In this document: piece after piece, positions 25,150 through 37,344 of the stretch
How the letters are laid out: each line of letters starts with the position of its first letter
Numbering within the stretch: position 1 is the first letter of the stretch
Assembly: GCA_002269645.1 (NCBI GenBank)
Contig: NIVC01000374.1
Location: 496,001 to 560,000, forward strand
Direction: 5' to 3'
DNA length: 64,000 nucleotides
Source of the DNA: Macrostomum lignano
Taxonomy: Eukaryota
Program-made: the position numbers and the translations under genes
Notes under the pieces: model-generated
Databases searched by the model: none
Seen by the model: the letters and a program-made list of their open reading frames with translations, nothing else
What the model was told of the DNA's origin: nothing

Positions 25150-26520
25150 AATCGGAGTGTGATCAGACTGCTTGGTTTGATCATTGATCAGAGTGTGATC
25201 AGACTGCTTGGTTTGATCCTTGATCAGAGTGTGATCAGATCAGGCAGTTTGGTTTCCTTGATTAGAGTGTGATCAGACTGCTTGGTTTGATCCTTGATCA
25301 GAGTGTGATCAGACTGCTTGGTTTGATCCTTGATCAGAGTGTGATCAGACTGCTTGGTTTGCTCATTGATCAGAGTGTGATCAGACTGCTTGGTTTGATC
25401 ATTGATCAGAGTGTGATCAGACTGCTTAGTTTGATCATTGATCAGAGTGTGATCAGACTGCTTGGTTTGATCATTGATCAGAGTGTGATCAGACTGCTTG
25501 GTTTGATCCTTGATCAGAGTGTGATCAGACTGCTTGGTTTGATCATTGATCAGAGTGTGATCAGACTGCTTGGTTTGATCCTTGATCAGAGTGTGATCAG
25601 ACTGCTTGGTTTGATCATTGATCAGAGTGTGATCAGACTGCTTGGTTTGATCATTGATCAGAGTGTGATCGGACTGCTTGGTTTGATCATTGATCAGAGT
25701 GTGATCAGACTGCTTGGTTTGATCCTTGATCAGAGTGTGATCAGATCAGGCAGTTTGGTTCCTTGATTAGAGTGTGATCAGACTGCTTGGTTTGATCATT
25801 GATCAGAGTGTGATCAGACTGCTTGGTTTGATCATTGATCAGAGTGTGATCAGACTGCTTGGTTTGATCCTTGATCAGAGTGTGATCAGACTGCTTGGTT
25901 TGATCATTGATCAGAGTGTGATCAGACTGCTTGGTTTGATCATTGATCAGAGTGTGATCAGACTGCTTGGTTTGATCCTTGATCAGAGTGTGATCAGACT
26001 GCTTGGTTTGATCATTGATCAGAGTGTGATCAGACTGCTTGGTTTGATCATTGATCAGAGTGTGATCGGACTGCTTAGTTTGATCATTGATCAGAGTGTG
26101 ATCAGACTGCTTGGTTTGATCATTGATCAGAGTGTGATCAGATCAGGCAGTTTGGTTCCTTGATTAGAGTGTGATCAGACTGCTTGGTTTGATCATTGAT
26201 CAGAGTGTGATCAGACTGCTTGGTTTGATCATTGATCAGAGTGTGGTCAGACTGCTTGGTTTGATCCTTGATCAGAGTGTGATCAGACTGCTTGGTTTGA
26301 TCCTTGATTAGAGTGTGATCAGACTGCTTGGTTTGATCATTGATCAGAGTGTGATCAGACTGCTTGGTTTGATCATTGATCAGAGTGTGATCAGACTGCT
26401 TGGTTTGATCCTTGATCAGAGTGTGATCGGACTGCTTGGTTTGATCATTGATCAGAGTGTGATCGGACTGCTTGGTTTGATTATTGATCAGAGTGTGATC
26501 GGACTGCTTGGTTTGATCCT
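25150..26520. repeat. 36-bp minisatellite (TGATCAGAGTGTGATCAGACTGCTTGGTTTGATCAT), about 38 copies
   Basis: Direct tandem copies, with a recurring variant unit near 25240, 25745 and 26140. Confidence 0.95.
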
Positions 26521-26721
26521 CATATACATGTATAGATATTTTCTTATAATGAGCTACCACTGCTACTACAGTAGTAGTAGTACTAACAATAGTATTTTAA
26601 ATTCTATTGTGAAACCCCAAACCCGCATGCATTGAGCTTGTTGGATCAACCCTCTGGCCCGTGGAAGCGATCTCAGAAGTAAAAATATAGTGTAGAACAA
26701 TAGCCACTGACTTGAACTGGC

Positions 26722-26794
26722 GGCCCTGTGGCCTAATGGATAAGGCGTCTGACTTCGAATCAGAAGATTGCAGGTTCGAGTCCTGCCAGGGTCG
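26722..26794 (+). tRNA. tRNA-Arg(TCG)
   Basis: Identical to the 24840 copy. Confidence 0.97.
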
Positions 26795-27808
26795 TTTGGA
26801 TCGCCAATATATATTTTTTAATCCGTCTTTGTTTCTTTGTCTATAAAGTAAAACAAAAGTAGCGATTAGTTAGTATAAAGCTTTTTCTATGCAGGAACTG
26901 CTTGCATGTCCTGTAAATTTGTACACATACGGCTCGTATTGCTCGCGAAGCCTCTCCCCCGCCATGGGGCCTTTTAAAGCTTCACAATAGCAATCCGGCC
27001 TGCTTAGGGTTTGTCTCTTCTCATCTCCATTCTCTCATCTCTCCCCTCTACTCTATCCTCTCTCCTTTCTTATATTTTCTAGCAAAAATTTCGTCATCTC
27101 CTCTCTCTTCTCTGCTCAGATCTTCTCTTCAATCTATCTCAATCTGCTCTTTGTTCTTCTCCCTTACATTCCCTCTCCTTTCCTCTCACATCTGCCCCGC
27201 GGCCATGAGCTGGACTATCTATTGGATTAATAAAAAACCGAATGTACAAAGCATGGAAACTCGAAAACATTGTTTCTTGGAAATTTTCTGAAAATATCAG
27301 CTACCGTGTGTCTGATAAGTACATGACGGAGATATGAATTTTTGATTGGTTAAGCATACGTGTAAGAAACTATTTTTAAATGCCATTATCGCAGCATTGC
27401 GACAACTGATGCTGTGATATTTTCAAAGCTTTTTCGTGCATTGTTAATAACAATTTTCCTAGAATAAAGCTAAAAACCGATACCTTATACACGTAATACG
27501 CTACTATCAGCAGCTAAGAAGCCGTTGAATTCGACAAGCAACATCTGCTCTCAACCCAGAGCCAGCCATGCAGCTTTAGAACCGCACTGCGTGCAGCCCC
27601 CGACTCTCTACATGTAGATCAAGCAACAATCGACCAATCGATTGAGCAAGCAGCCCCAGGTCCAAGACTGAGTCAGTCAGAGTCGTGTCTAAACTGCAAC
27701 TATCCTCTACTGACCCTTAGACCAAGGCTTCGTTCTGCGATCAACTGCTCAAAACTAAATTGAGTCTCAATCGATAGTCTAGAAGGATCGCTGCCTACTT
27801 GAACTGGC

Positions 27809-27881
27809 GGCCCTGTGGCCTAATGGATAAGGCGTCTGACTTCGAATCAGAAGATTGCAGGTTCGAGTCCTGCCAGGGTCG
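27809..27881 (+). tRNA. tRNA-Arg(TCG)
   Basis: Identical to the 24840 copy. Confidence 0.97.
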
Positions 27882-28301
27882 AAGTTCGTTTCGATCGCCA
27901 ATTATCTTTTTGTTGAAATTTTCTTTACTAATCGCGCACTGGCACAAATAGTAACTGCCGCAACTTTCTGAAAATGATTGATAACATGAAGCACAAAAAT
28001 TAGTATGCCTCAAAAACTAATTTGGTCGAATGCTTTATTTGTAAATTTAAATAGTAATTATTCAGCTCAAACAACATTAACTACCCGGGAATAAATAATG
28101 CCAAAATAACTTTAAGAACGAAAACAAATTACTACTAATAGTAGTGCAATGCGAGCTAATAAATAAGAAAATAAAAAATTCTCACGAATTAGCTACGACC
28201 AAAAAGGTTTTAGAAAGTCTAAATATCTTAGACAGACAAATGACAAAATATGTTAAATGGAGTCGCGGACAAAATTAAAAGAAAACATTTTCCCCATAAA
28301 T

Positions 28302-29980
28302 TTATTGTTGGCTGCCTTTGATCTTGCCGCCGCCGTCGCCGTTGCAGTGAACCCTGGCCGTGTGCCGCAGCCACAGACCCAGATGCTCGATTGGATCTGC
28401 TGGTCGACGCTCGGCTAATTCAGCCAGACCCTGACTCAAAACTGCTCCTGCAATTTTTGGGTCACCGAGTTAATTATTTAGACAAATTTATATACCAGTA
28501 GTCTCCGCTAATTGGCTTGGCGAAAGTCGGTCCTCCCTGCCACAATTTCAGCCAGAATCCGATTTGCTGCGAGCTCTTTTACAACTATATCTGGCTGCAT
28601 GAGCCACGACTTGGGAGAGCTATTTTTAGAATCTAGTGTACATTCTTCGATGTACATTTCCACATTTTCACTCCCTGCCACAATCTCTGCCAGAATCCGA
28701 TTGGTTGCGAGCTCTTTTACAACTATATCTGGCTGCATGAGCCACGACTTGGGAGAGCTATTTTTAGAATCTAGTGTACATTCTTCGATGTACATTTCCA
28801 CATTTTCACTCCCTGCCACAATCTCTGCCAGAATCCGATTGGTTGCGAGCTCTTTTACGACTATATCTGGCTGCATGAGTCACGGCTGGGGAGATCTATT
28901 TTTTAAATTTAGTGTACATTCCTCGATGTAAATTTCCACATGCGTGTCCCTTTGCACTTTTTTAATTTGTATTTTAACACGCTAATGTTATGAAGTATAA
29001 AATTAACAAACTAAATTCCCTACCAAATGAAAACAATATCCTATTGTCATTCTAGAGTGCAGAAAATACAAGAACCACTAGCAGTATATCAGGACGCTAC
29101 CCACTTGTAATTATATGTCTTTAGTGCAGCGCAAGGGAATACAATAGTACAAAAGAAATTATTTAATGTCTTGAACATTGATTTGACGCATTAAAATCAA
29201 GTTTTGGTGTAAAATTATGCGCATCGTTCCATTTAATAAGCAGGTCTACATGCAGACTGGCACTCTGTTGTATTTTTTTGTTATAAACATGTCTCAATCG
29301 TGAAAGTCGGCTGAAGTATTCTAAACATTCTGACACACCTAAATGTACATGTATTGACCAAAAATTATTTCCATACATATTTCTGAAGAGTCAGGATCAA
29401 CATTGGAAAATCGGCCTCCAAAAAAATTGGTATACTGCTGGTGGTCCTTGGGTGAATAGTGCCGGTAAATTTATTGGCTTTGATTGATCCGTGCAAACTA
29501 AGTGGCGTGGCCAGTGCTAATCTACTAAGCACTACAAGCTATTAGCGAATCAAGAGGACAGACAAGCAGCCATTGCCCATTCTGCTGACCATTGAGCAGG
29601 CGTTCATTCTCACAGGATGTACAGCTGGTCCTGATTTTCTCATCTTTCTGCACCTTGGAAATAGGCCATCACTAGTGGCCATCACTGTACATGGCGAGGT
29701 GCACCAGAAATCTGCATACGACTTATTTATGCTTCTAAAATGAGCAGTTTTTACCTGTGAGCAGGTACTTCTCCATCTAAATTTGTGCCTAGCCACCTAA
29801 AGACACAGAGCACAAGAACATCCCCGCCCCTGACTCTCACCCAATCTCTTCATCTGTCTGCCATAGTCACCGCGCGGCGTTCTAATCCGCCGACAGCTGT
29901 TCGTCAGAGTTGTCGCGTCTTGTACGCAGAATTTCCACTCTGAACAGTCTTCTTCTGCAAGCGATTTCGGTGTGGTAAAT
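28302..29980 (-). pseudogene. Decayed multi-exon gene ending in a Dpy-30-type dimerisation motif
   Basis: Splicing 28496|28447 across a 48-bp GT-AG intron gives QLAETTGAVLSQGLAELAERRPADPIEHLGLWLRH...*, a Dpy-30 motif. Upstream spliced pieces (RVEILRT..*..*LWQTDEEIG|WLGTNLDGEVPAHR|FLVHLAMYSDG) carry stops, a 13-bp duplication and frameshifts. Confidence 0.55.
28533..28935. repeat. 138-bp tandem triplication
   Basis: About 3 copies with period 138, read as a 46-aa repeat in the 28508-28876 ORF. Confidence 0.9.
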
Positions 29981-30059
29981 TCCCTGTTTGACTGTTTTGC
30001 GCTAAATTTTCGAAGTATATTTCCTTCGATCAGCTGTAAGATATTCCTTTTATGAGGTG

Positions 30060-30532
30060 ACATGGCGGAATCCCGCATATGGATTTTGTCCGTCGTGACC
30101 TTATCAACATCCGTATCGACGCGGGCGATGTGGCTAGTCGCCTCCCCACTCTCAACATCAGGAGGGGCTTCTAGACTCGTTGCAAACCGGTTGCCATCCC
30201 ACCTGTCTTTTCTGTGGCAAAGAAGAGGAGACCCAGAGGGTCACGTCACCTTCCGCCCTTACTTAAATAAGGCGCGGCACAAACACCTTGGCCATCCCCA
30301 GCGGATGGACGAGCTGACCACTCTCGACAACATCCGTGACCTTCGCGCCTTCGTCCGAGATACCGGCCGGATGAGAGTCGACGATGCCTCCTCTGCGAAC
30401 CTGCCGACTGGCCGCGCCCTCAAGGTTAAAACTTGGCTTCTTTTACCTTGGGGATGCGATTAGAGGAGCCTCGCGGCCTAATCGCGACGCCTGTTATCCC
30501 CGTCAGTAGTAAGTAAGTACGTAAGTAAGTCA
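30060..30532 (+). mobile_element. 3' end of a non-LTR retrotransposon (I/Jockey-like) with a remnant C-terminal CCHC knuckle
   Basis: Frameshifted [37 protein letters not shown] followed by a (TAAG)n tail at ~30507-30530. Confidence 0.6.
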
Positions 30533-30809
30533 TGGCAGAAGCTTATTTCTAGGTAATCAAGAGTCGACAACTTAGGCTTAACCGATGGCCTAACGAAAAG
30601 ACAGTCAAAGACCGCTGTACGCTCTGTGTGAGAGTGATCAACTCGCCACCACAATTCACCAAAGCGTATGGCAAAAATCCTAGAGTTTTTTTGTCCTTGT
30701 GTGCTTCTGTGCGTGTAAGGGAGCCTGCCCCTTTCGTTGACCGTAGAAAATAAAACGCATAGAAATAGAAATACTCCATTCATGTTGTCACCTTTTCGAC
30801 CAGGACAAT

Positions 30810-33800
30810 TCAGTGTTTCCTAAAATTGCCCAATGCTTTGTGAACTGTCGCCGCTAAGGTTATAAGTTGAATTAGTAGGTACAAAAAGAACCACTGGTTT
30901 GTCTGAACCCTCAAAACCATCGCCGAACCCTCCTTACCGGCGTCGTTGTACGGCAAATCAAAGGCCAACGAAGTCGACTCGGGCGAGTTATCCGGGGTCT
31001 CCATCACGAATGGCTCCAGTTTCTTTTCCAGGATGTGGAAATTGTCAGGGTTGAGCGTGTTCTGAAAGTCCACTGGCTGGCGCACTGTGCCACCCGAGTC
31101 GGGGTGCTGTCTCTCTGCCGACTTGTCCGACTTGGCCGTTCGAGCCGGCTCCGAGGCCACTCGTCGATCCTTAGCCGCTGTCGGCGCTGCCACCTTCTGG
31201 TTGAGCTTGATGTCTGGGAGTCGGGGCACCTCCGACTGTTTTGCGTCTTCGTCGGTTGGTCTGCCTTCGCCAACGATGATAAGTGGCGTCTGACGCGCCG
31301 TGCCACTGCCGTCTGTAGTGGCCGCGCTGGAGCGTCGGCTGAACAGCGGCGAGCCAGGAGCCTCGGCCTGCGGCACCAACAGCCGGCTGGGACCGGCTGC
31401 TGCAGCGATAACAGACTGCGATTGTTTGGTTGGCGACTGCCTGGAGCTCGGTGTACGAAACGTTGATATCGTGCTGGACGACCGGCTACTTCCTGCGCTA
31501 GTATTTCCCTGAGCCGGCTCGTGCTCTCTAGCGGCTTCTTCTGCGGCCTTTTTTTGCTGCAACGCACGCAGAAGCGGGTTCTGAGCAAGCTCAACAATAC
31601 CCACTCGACGCCTACGCTCGTTCGATTGCTGCGTTTGATGTTGATCCCTCTGCATTTCGGCCGACGGCGGATGTTTGAGCTCCGAATTCGGCTGCGACGG
31701 CAGTGGAGACAGCGTCGTTCCAGCGCTAGTCGATACCCTTGGCGAGGTTTTAACACCTGCACTCTTCAGGTTCATCACCTCCTTGAAGTTCGCTTGGAAG
31801 TTTAACCTCTTGTTCTTTGGTAGAAACACGGACAGAGCCTTGAGAACTAGAGGCGGACTCTCGGATTTCCCCACAGCCGTGGCTGCATCTGCAGATGCAG
31901 CTTCTTCAGACGCGGGAGTCTGGATAAGGGGCGATATCTCTCGATAGCTGACCTGCTCGGTGAATTTCACTTGCTTTTTGTCGATTGAGTAAACACGACC
32001 AACAAAGTTTGGTCCGCCGAGGACGATGCCTGTGCCGCGACCGCGTTTTCTATCATCGCCTTCGTCAAAATCGTCCTCAAACTCGCTGGAGGAGCCTTCA
32101 GAAACCAAAGTTCGCTCATCATTCTCTACCAATTTTTCGGCTGCGGAGACTGCATGGGCCAAATTATTCTCCTGTTGCTGCGGCACCAGCAGCTTCAGGT
32201 CGTCCACCAGATGAGGCTGCGGATCCGACGTGTAGCTCGCTGCGCTGTCACTCGGCAGTTCTGACTCCGACTCGTCGTCATAGATACTGTCATCGTCTTG
32301 CGTGTCAGCTGCAACATTGTGCGGCGTCAAGGTTTCCATTGACGGCGACGTGCTGTCGTCGTCCGCGCCCGTGTCCACCGGAATTTCTGCGTCGTCGTCC
32401 GCGGCCGCGTCACATCCCAAGGGATGAGACATGATGAAGTTCTCGACCTTCTGTATGGCGTTTGGTGTCGGTGATCGAGCTGCAAGTCGCAGCTCCTGCT
32501 TGGACTGGTTTTCGCGCGTTTGCTCGCGAGTTGCATCAAGGTCCTCTGTCACTTCGCTCTCCATCAGTTGGGGCGAGACTTTACTCTGATCTTGTAGTGC
32601 TGCTCCAGACTTCTGCTCTATACTTGTAGAAGTTTCTTTAATTTTCTGCTGAGCATCCGGAACTTTTTCTAACCTGTCTACACCGATATCGCCTAAGACG
32701 GCCTCCTGAGCAGGGACGGTCGAGTTGGTTGCAGTTGGTGTGCCTGGGGACTTCGAGTTTTTGCGCGACATCCTGTGATCGGCGTCTTCTTGGGGCATCG
32801 GAGTGGCCGGTAGGGACGGAAGCGGCAAATTATTGACGCAGTCGTCCAACTCGCCTGTCTCCAGCTTCATTGCTTCATCCTCGTCGTCGGCACCGTCCAA
32901 AGACGGAGTGGTCACTCGCACAGACAAAACCGTTGAAGGCCGCGACTCAGGAGTGCCCGAATCCGCGCCAACCTCGTGCTGCCTGTCTCGGTCCTCGTCT
33001 AGGCGTCGCCTGAGCTCTACGTGGCCCTGACGCTCTCTAGCGTCCAAAAAGTACGTCGTCATGCCGCCTTTGCCTTTGATTTCTAATCGGCCTCGCTCTG
33101 ACAGGCGATACGGCAGGTCGCGAAGGTGCCGATGAAAATTCTCGCTGACGTGAATCCGTCCCGGAGCTCCGTGGCTCATCATTCTAGAGGACACGTTGAC
33201 GGTGTCGCCGAACAGGCAGTAACGCGGCATGCGCAGGCCAACGACGCCGGCCGCGATGCCGCCCGAGTGGCAGCCGATCTGCAGCTGCAGGCGGCCGCCG
33301 CCGTCCCTGTCTGCCGGATTGGCGATGCTGTGAGCCTCGGCGACCATGTCGAAGGCCATCTCGGCAATGTGCGCCGCGTGTAGCGGCGTTTTATTTGGCG
33401 CTCCGGAGACGATTAGGTAGCTGTCGCTGATGGTTTCCACCTGGTAAAGCAGAAAGAAAGAACCTGGGAAAGCTTGTTTGCCTTCGTCACTAGTCATCCT
33501 CTCCCACCACTTCGAAGTGTGCACAGACGTTTCTTCTGGGCTTTAAAAAAGATCTTTATTCCTCTACTTTTCACTAAATTTAATCTCTCGCAGTTAGTTT
33601 GTAGGAAGTTAGTTTGTAAGTTGTAGGATACACCTAAATTCAAAGTGCTTTAGATTCGAACCACAAACCTTGTACACGTGATGCTTGTCGAGAATCTGAT
33701 CGAATCGCGAGTACATCAGATTGAGCAGCTGTACAATGGCTCGAACGTCAATCTCCATGCAGATGCTGTTGAAGTCGACTATTTTGCTGAACAGTATGCT

Positions 33801-36547
33801 CACCTGGTCAAAGGTCTGAATAGTTTGTGATTTTGAGCAGAAATTTTACATGTAGGTCACATTTCGAAAACATTAAATGGAAACAAGAAAGATTAAATGC
33901 ACCAGATTACCTTGAGCGTGTCTAACGGATTAACACCTCTACGAAGTGCTCTAGCAATTGACCTTGGCATGCACTGGTACAGCAGTTCGTTGGCTTTCTT
34001 CTTCTCCTCGTCCAGCCTTCGCATGCCGATCTCCATCTCTCTGCTGCGCTCTTGTTGCTGAATAATTTGTGTTCGAGGTGGGATTTAAGGGGGAGCTGAG
34101 TCACTAACTCACTCAGAGTCACTCACTCAGTAGCTGAGCTAGTCAGTCACTCAGTGTAGCTGAGCCAGTCACTCAGTGTAGCTGAGCCAGTCACTCACTC
34201 AGTAGCTGAGCTAGTCAGTCACTCAGTGTAGCTGAGCCAGTCACTCACTCAGTAGCTGAGCTAGTCAGTCACTCAGTGTAGCTGAGCCAGTCACTCAGTG
34301 TAGCTGAGCTCCTCACTCAGTGTAGCTGAGCCAATCACTAAGTGTAGCTGAGCCCCTCACAGTGTAGCTGAGCCAGTCACTCAGTGTAGCTGAGCTCCTC
34401 ACTCAGTGTAGCTGAGCCAATCACTAAGTGTAGCTGAGCCCCTCACAGTGTAGCTGAGCCACTCACTCAGTGTAGCTGAGCCACTCACTCAGTGTAGCTG
34501 AGCCAGTCACTCAGTGTAGCTGAGTCACTCATTGGATCCTCACCGACTGCAGCAGTTCCATCAGCTCCTCGGATTGCTGATTGCCCGCCATGACCATCTC
34601 GCGGCTCGAGTCGTGCAGACTCAGATCGTTCAGAAACAGACCCTTCTCTCTTAGTTGGTTGCTGTCACGGATCCTTTCGACGGTAACGTAGAAAGTACAT
34701 GTACGTACAGTACGTTAGGGTAAAGTGCAGAAGATAATTTAAAAAATCCCCTTCATTGCTCACTCACATCGGCGTGGCAATATAAATGATTTTATTCCAG
34801 GAGGCCACGTGGATCATCTGACCCTTGAAGCGGATCACCCCCGGGTCCGAGGTGCTGCTCTTCTTGCGCACGCTTAATCGAACAGTTCGATCTTTGCCGC
34901 TGGCACTTTCGTCCGGTTTTGTCAGCAAAGCGATCTCAAATACGTTGTGCCTGTGCTGGCAGATCTATGAGGGTTAGAAGTAGACCCCTGGTTCGATTCC
35001 GTTGGCAAGTACATTCATTTGCGCACAAAACTGGCCTCTGTTGTGCGATTCACACCCATGAAGGCCAACCCCCAGGGCACAGAGAGTGTACATGCCTCTG
35101 TTGTGCGATTCACACCCATGAGGGCCAACCCCCAGGGCACAGAGAGTGTACATGCCTCTGTTGTGCGATTCACACCCATGAGGGCCAACCCCCAGGGCAC
35201 AGAGAGTGTACATGCCTCTGTTGTGCGATTCACACCCATGAGGGCCAACCCCCAGGGCACAGAGAATGTACATTCCTGACGATTCGAAAGTCAAAAGGCC
35301 GATGTACACCCTGTGTGAGCGTGTGTATGAGTGGCTGTGCCTGCCTACAGTATTGGCCCACTTGTTTGTGCTTAGGAGTCAGCGCGTAGTGGCTTGCCTC
35401 AGCGCTGGTTGTAGCTCGTAGGATGATGTCGCCGAAGGCGTTTCGCCAGGATGCCCCACAGTCCCTGATTATTATTATTCATAAACCCTAACGCCAGTAT
35501 TTAGCGGCATCAAATTCTCGGTAACCAACCTCTTCCCAGGTGCACTCGATAAAAGGCCTGGTAATGAAGAGATTATCCTCAAAGTTGCTGCCCTCCATAC
35601 TGGGCAGAAGGCACTGGAACCCCTTGCCAATGTCGCTGACTGTCATGTCCGGACTGAGCAGGAAGCAGAACGGGAAATTTTCCAGGAACTCTCGCTTCTC
35701 CACTCGGAAACTCTCTGGATTGCAAATCTGATAGACGCGCTGGTTGTAGACTCGGTTGTCGAACAGGAGACGGTAGCAGTACTGGGTGTAGATGCCCGCT
35801 CTGCTCTCGCTGACTACGCTGACCTGGGCGTCAACCTTTTCGGGTGGAATCGGAAGGAATCGAAGCAATTATACAGAAGTAGTGACTTTTTTATTTGACT
35901 TACCAAATTTTATAAAAGAATGAACGTTCGTCCACAGCCAGCGCTGAGGAAATTCTGCCGTTCCACGAGGTGTACAGTGTCCCTGACTTTCTAATCATCA
36001 GGCATGTACACTCTTACTATTTAATTTTACGAAAATCTTGATCAACAGCTTCAGTGAGGGTACGATCCTCCTTTACCTGGTAAAGCACTTTTGCAACCGT
36101 CTGCAGGATACCCCTAGCGTAGTGATGAAACCCCGGTCGCTTAGTCTTATAGAGCAGCACAATGCCCTGAGCATTCTCCTTGGCTACTATAAAAGTCGGC
36201 GGCCGAATCTTGGGATAACTGAAGCGCAGGTACTCGTGCACATTGTCGATGCCGTGGCAGAAGTCGCGCAGGTGCCGGCCCATCACGCGCAGCATCTTAT
36301 CGTAGCCGTATTTGGCTAGAAAACCGACAAAGAATGAGCCATTGTCGAACAGCAGTTGATCAGCCGGCAGGTCTGTTTTATTCGCTAGTGCGTTGAACAA
36401 GTTCAATATGATGGTCTCGCTGTAGGCCTTCCTAGTCTCGAAGGCGTGATAGCGGCACTCCGCGGCCTCCCTAATCTCCTGCCAGTAGTCCTCGCCGTAG
36501 TTGCTAACAACGAAGTTCTGAATTCCTTCCAGCAGTATGCCGTACAT
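30810..36547 (-). CDS. Atypical soluble guanylyl cyclase (Gyc-88E/89D-like), about 1340 aa; exons 36547-36077, 35835-35530, 34964-34768, 34673-34544, 34057-33911, 33815-33669 and 33440-30810
   Basis: H-NOX domain (MYGILLE...DNVHEYLRFSYP...YKTKR), H-NOBA/PAS (FPFC, FKGQM, GLFLNDLSLHDSSRE), coiled coil (ELLYQCMP), and cyclase domain (VETISD, GCHSG, MPRYCLFGDTVN). All junctions are GT-AG and in frame. Confidence 0.93.
34095..34530. repeat. ~22-bp minisatellite (TCAGTGTAGCTGAGCCAGTCAC) filling guanylyl cyclase intron 4
   Basis: Tandem variant copies. Confidence 0.9.
34967..35478 (+). mobile_element. SINE-like element in guanylyl cyclase intron 2, with four internal 60-bp repeats (35037-35278)
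   Basis: B-box GGTTCGATTCC at ~34990, central domain shared with 13869-14238, and a (TTA)n tail. Confidence 0.6.
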
Positions 36548-37344
36548 GTCTAGGCTTTAATCTCGCGACTAACTGGGTCGAGCATCGTTGTTGCTTTCCA
36601 ATTAATATAAATAAGCAACAGAGAGGAGACCTTAGAAACCAACCTGACAACTTCTATAGGCTGTCATCTGGTCTGTCGAGCAAGTCTCGAATGAACAAAT
36701 CAAGTCAACAAGCAGTTGCTTCGTAATTGGTTCTCTGTTTGGTTTTCAATAGGTAACGAGGGAAGGACGCGCTTGATGGGGAGAAAAGAGCTTGGATTTT
36801 TTGTCTAATTAGGATCACGAAAGAAGCTCGAGAGAGAGAAACAGAATTTCCTTGACATGCTTGGAAACTGACTGGGTAGCTGACAGTTCATCCGGTTCTC
36901 AGTGCACTCTGCACTCTATAAGGTCTCTAAGATGAGTTCGAAGCTACTGAGGACAAAAACTCGGATGAATAATCAGAAATTTCCGTCAGACAACAACCAG
37001 TGCAGTACAAGCTATGCGCTACTTGAAAGTGATATAAAGGGAGAAAAGATCTGAGCTGGCCGTTTCACGAACTTTCACAGTATAGGGATCGAAAAAATTT
37101 AAACAAAATTGTCTGATTCAAGTCGATGTCGTCATTTGTTAAACTTTATAACAAAAAAGTTTCCCCTTGTAATTTTTAGCTGCATCCGAGTGCTATAGGG
37201 CATAATTATTAATAACATTTAATGACATGTATACCAAGATACAAGGAAAATTGCGGATATTAATTTTTCTTAGTGTGGGCTGACCATAATGTATATAGGA
37301 CCGACCTTATTAATAATAAAAATTGATTACACAACGGCAGGTGG

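Noticed and set aside
10426-26635. Repetitive ORFs (LILQLGTATPS, LLGQPPRSS, IRLLGLIIDQSV) as proteins
   Set aside because: They are translations of stop-free minisatellite frames lying in introns or spacers.
31004-33383. Overlapping and antisense ORFs within the cyclase last exon
   Set aside because: Shadow ORFs of a GC-rich coding exon with no independent motifs.
33441-33524. ORF-track start MHTSKWW... for the 904-aa ORF
   Set aside because: Intronic; the exon begins at VETISD after the TACCAG acceptor.
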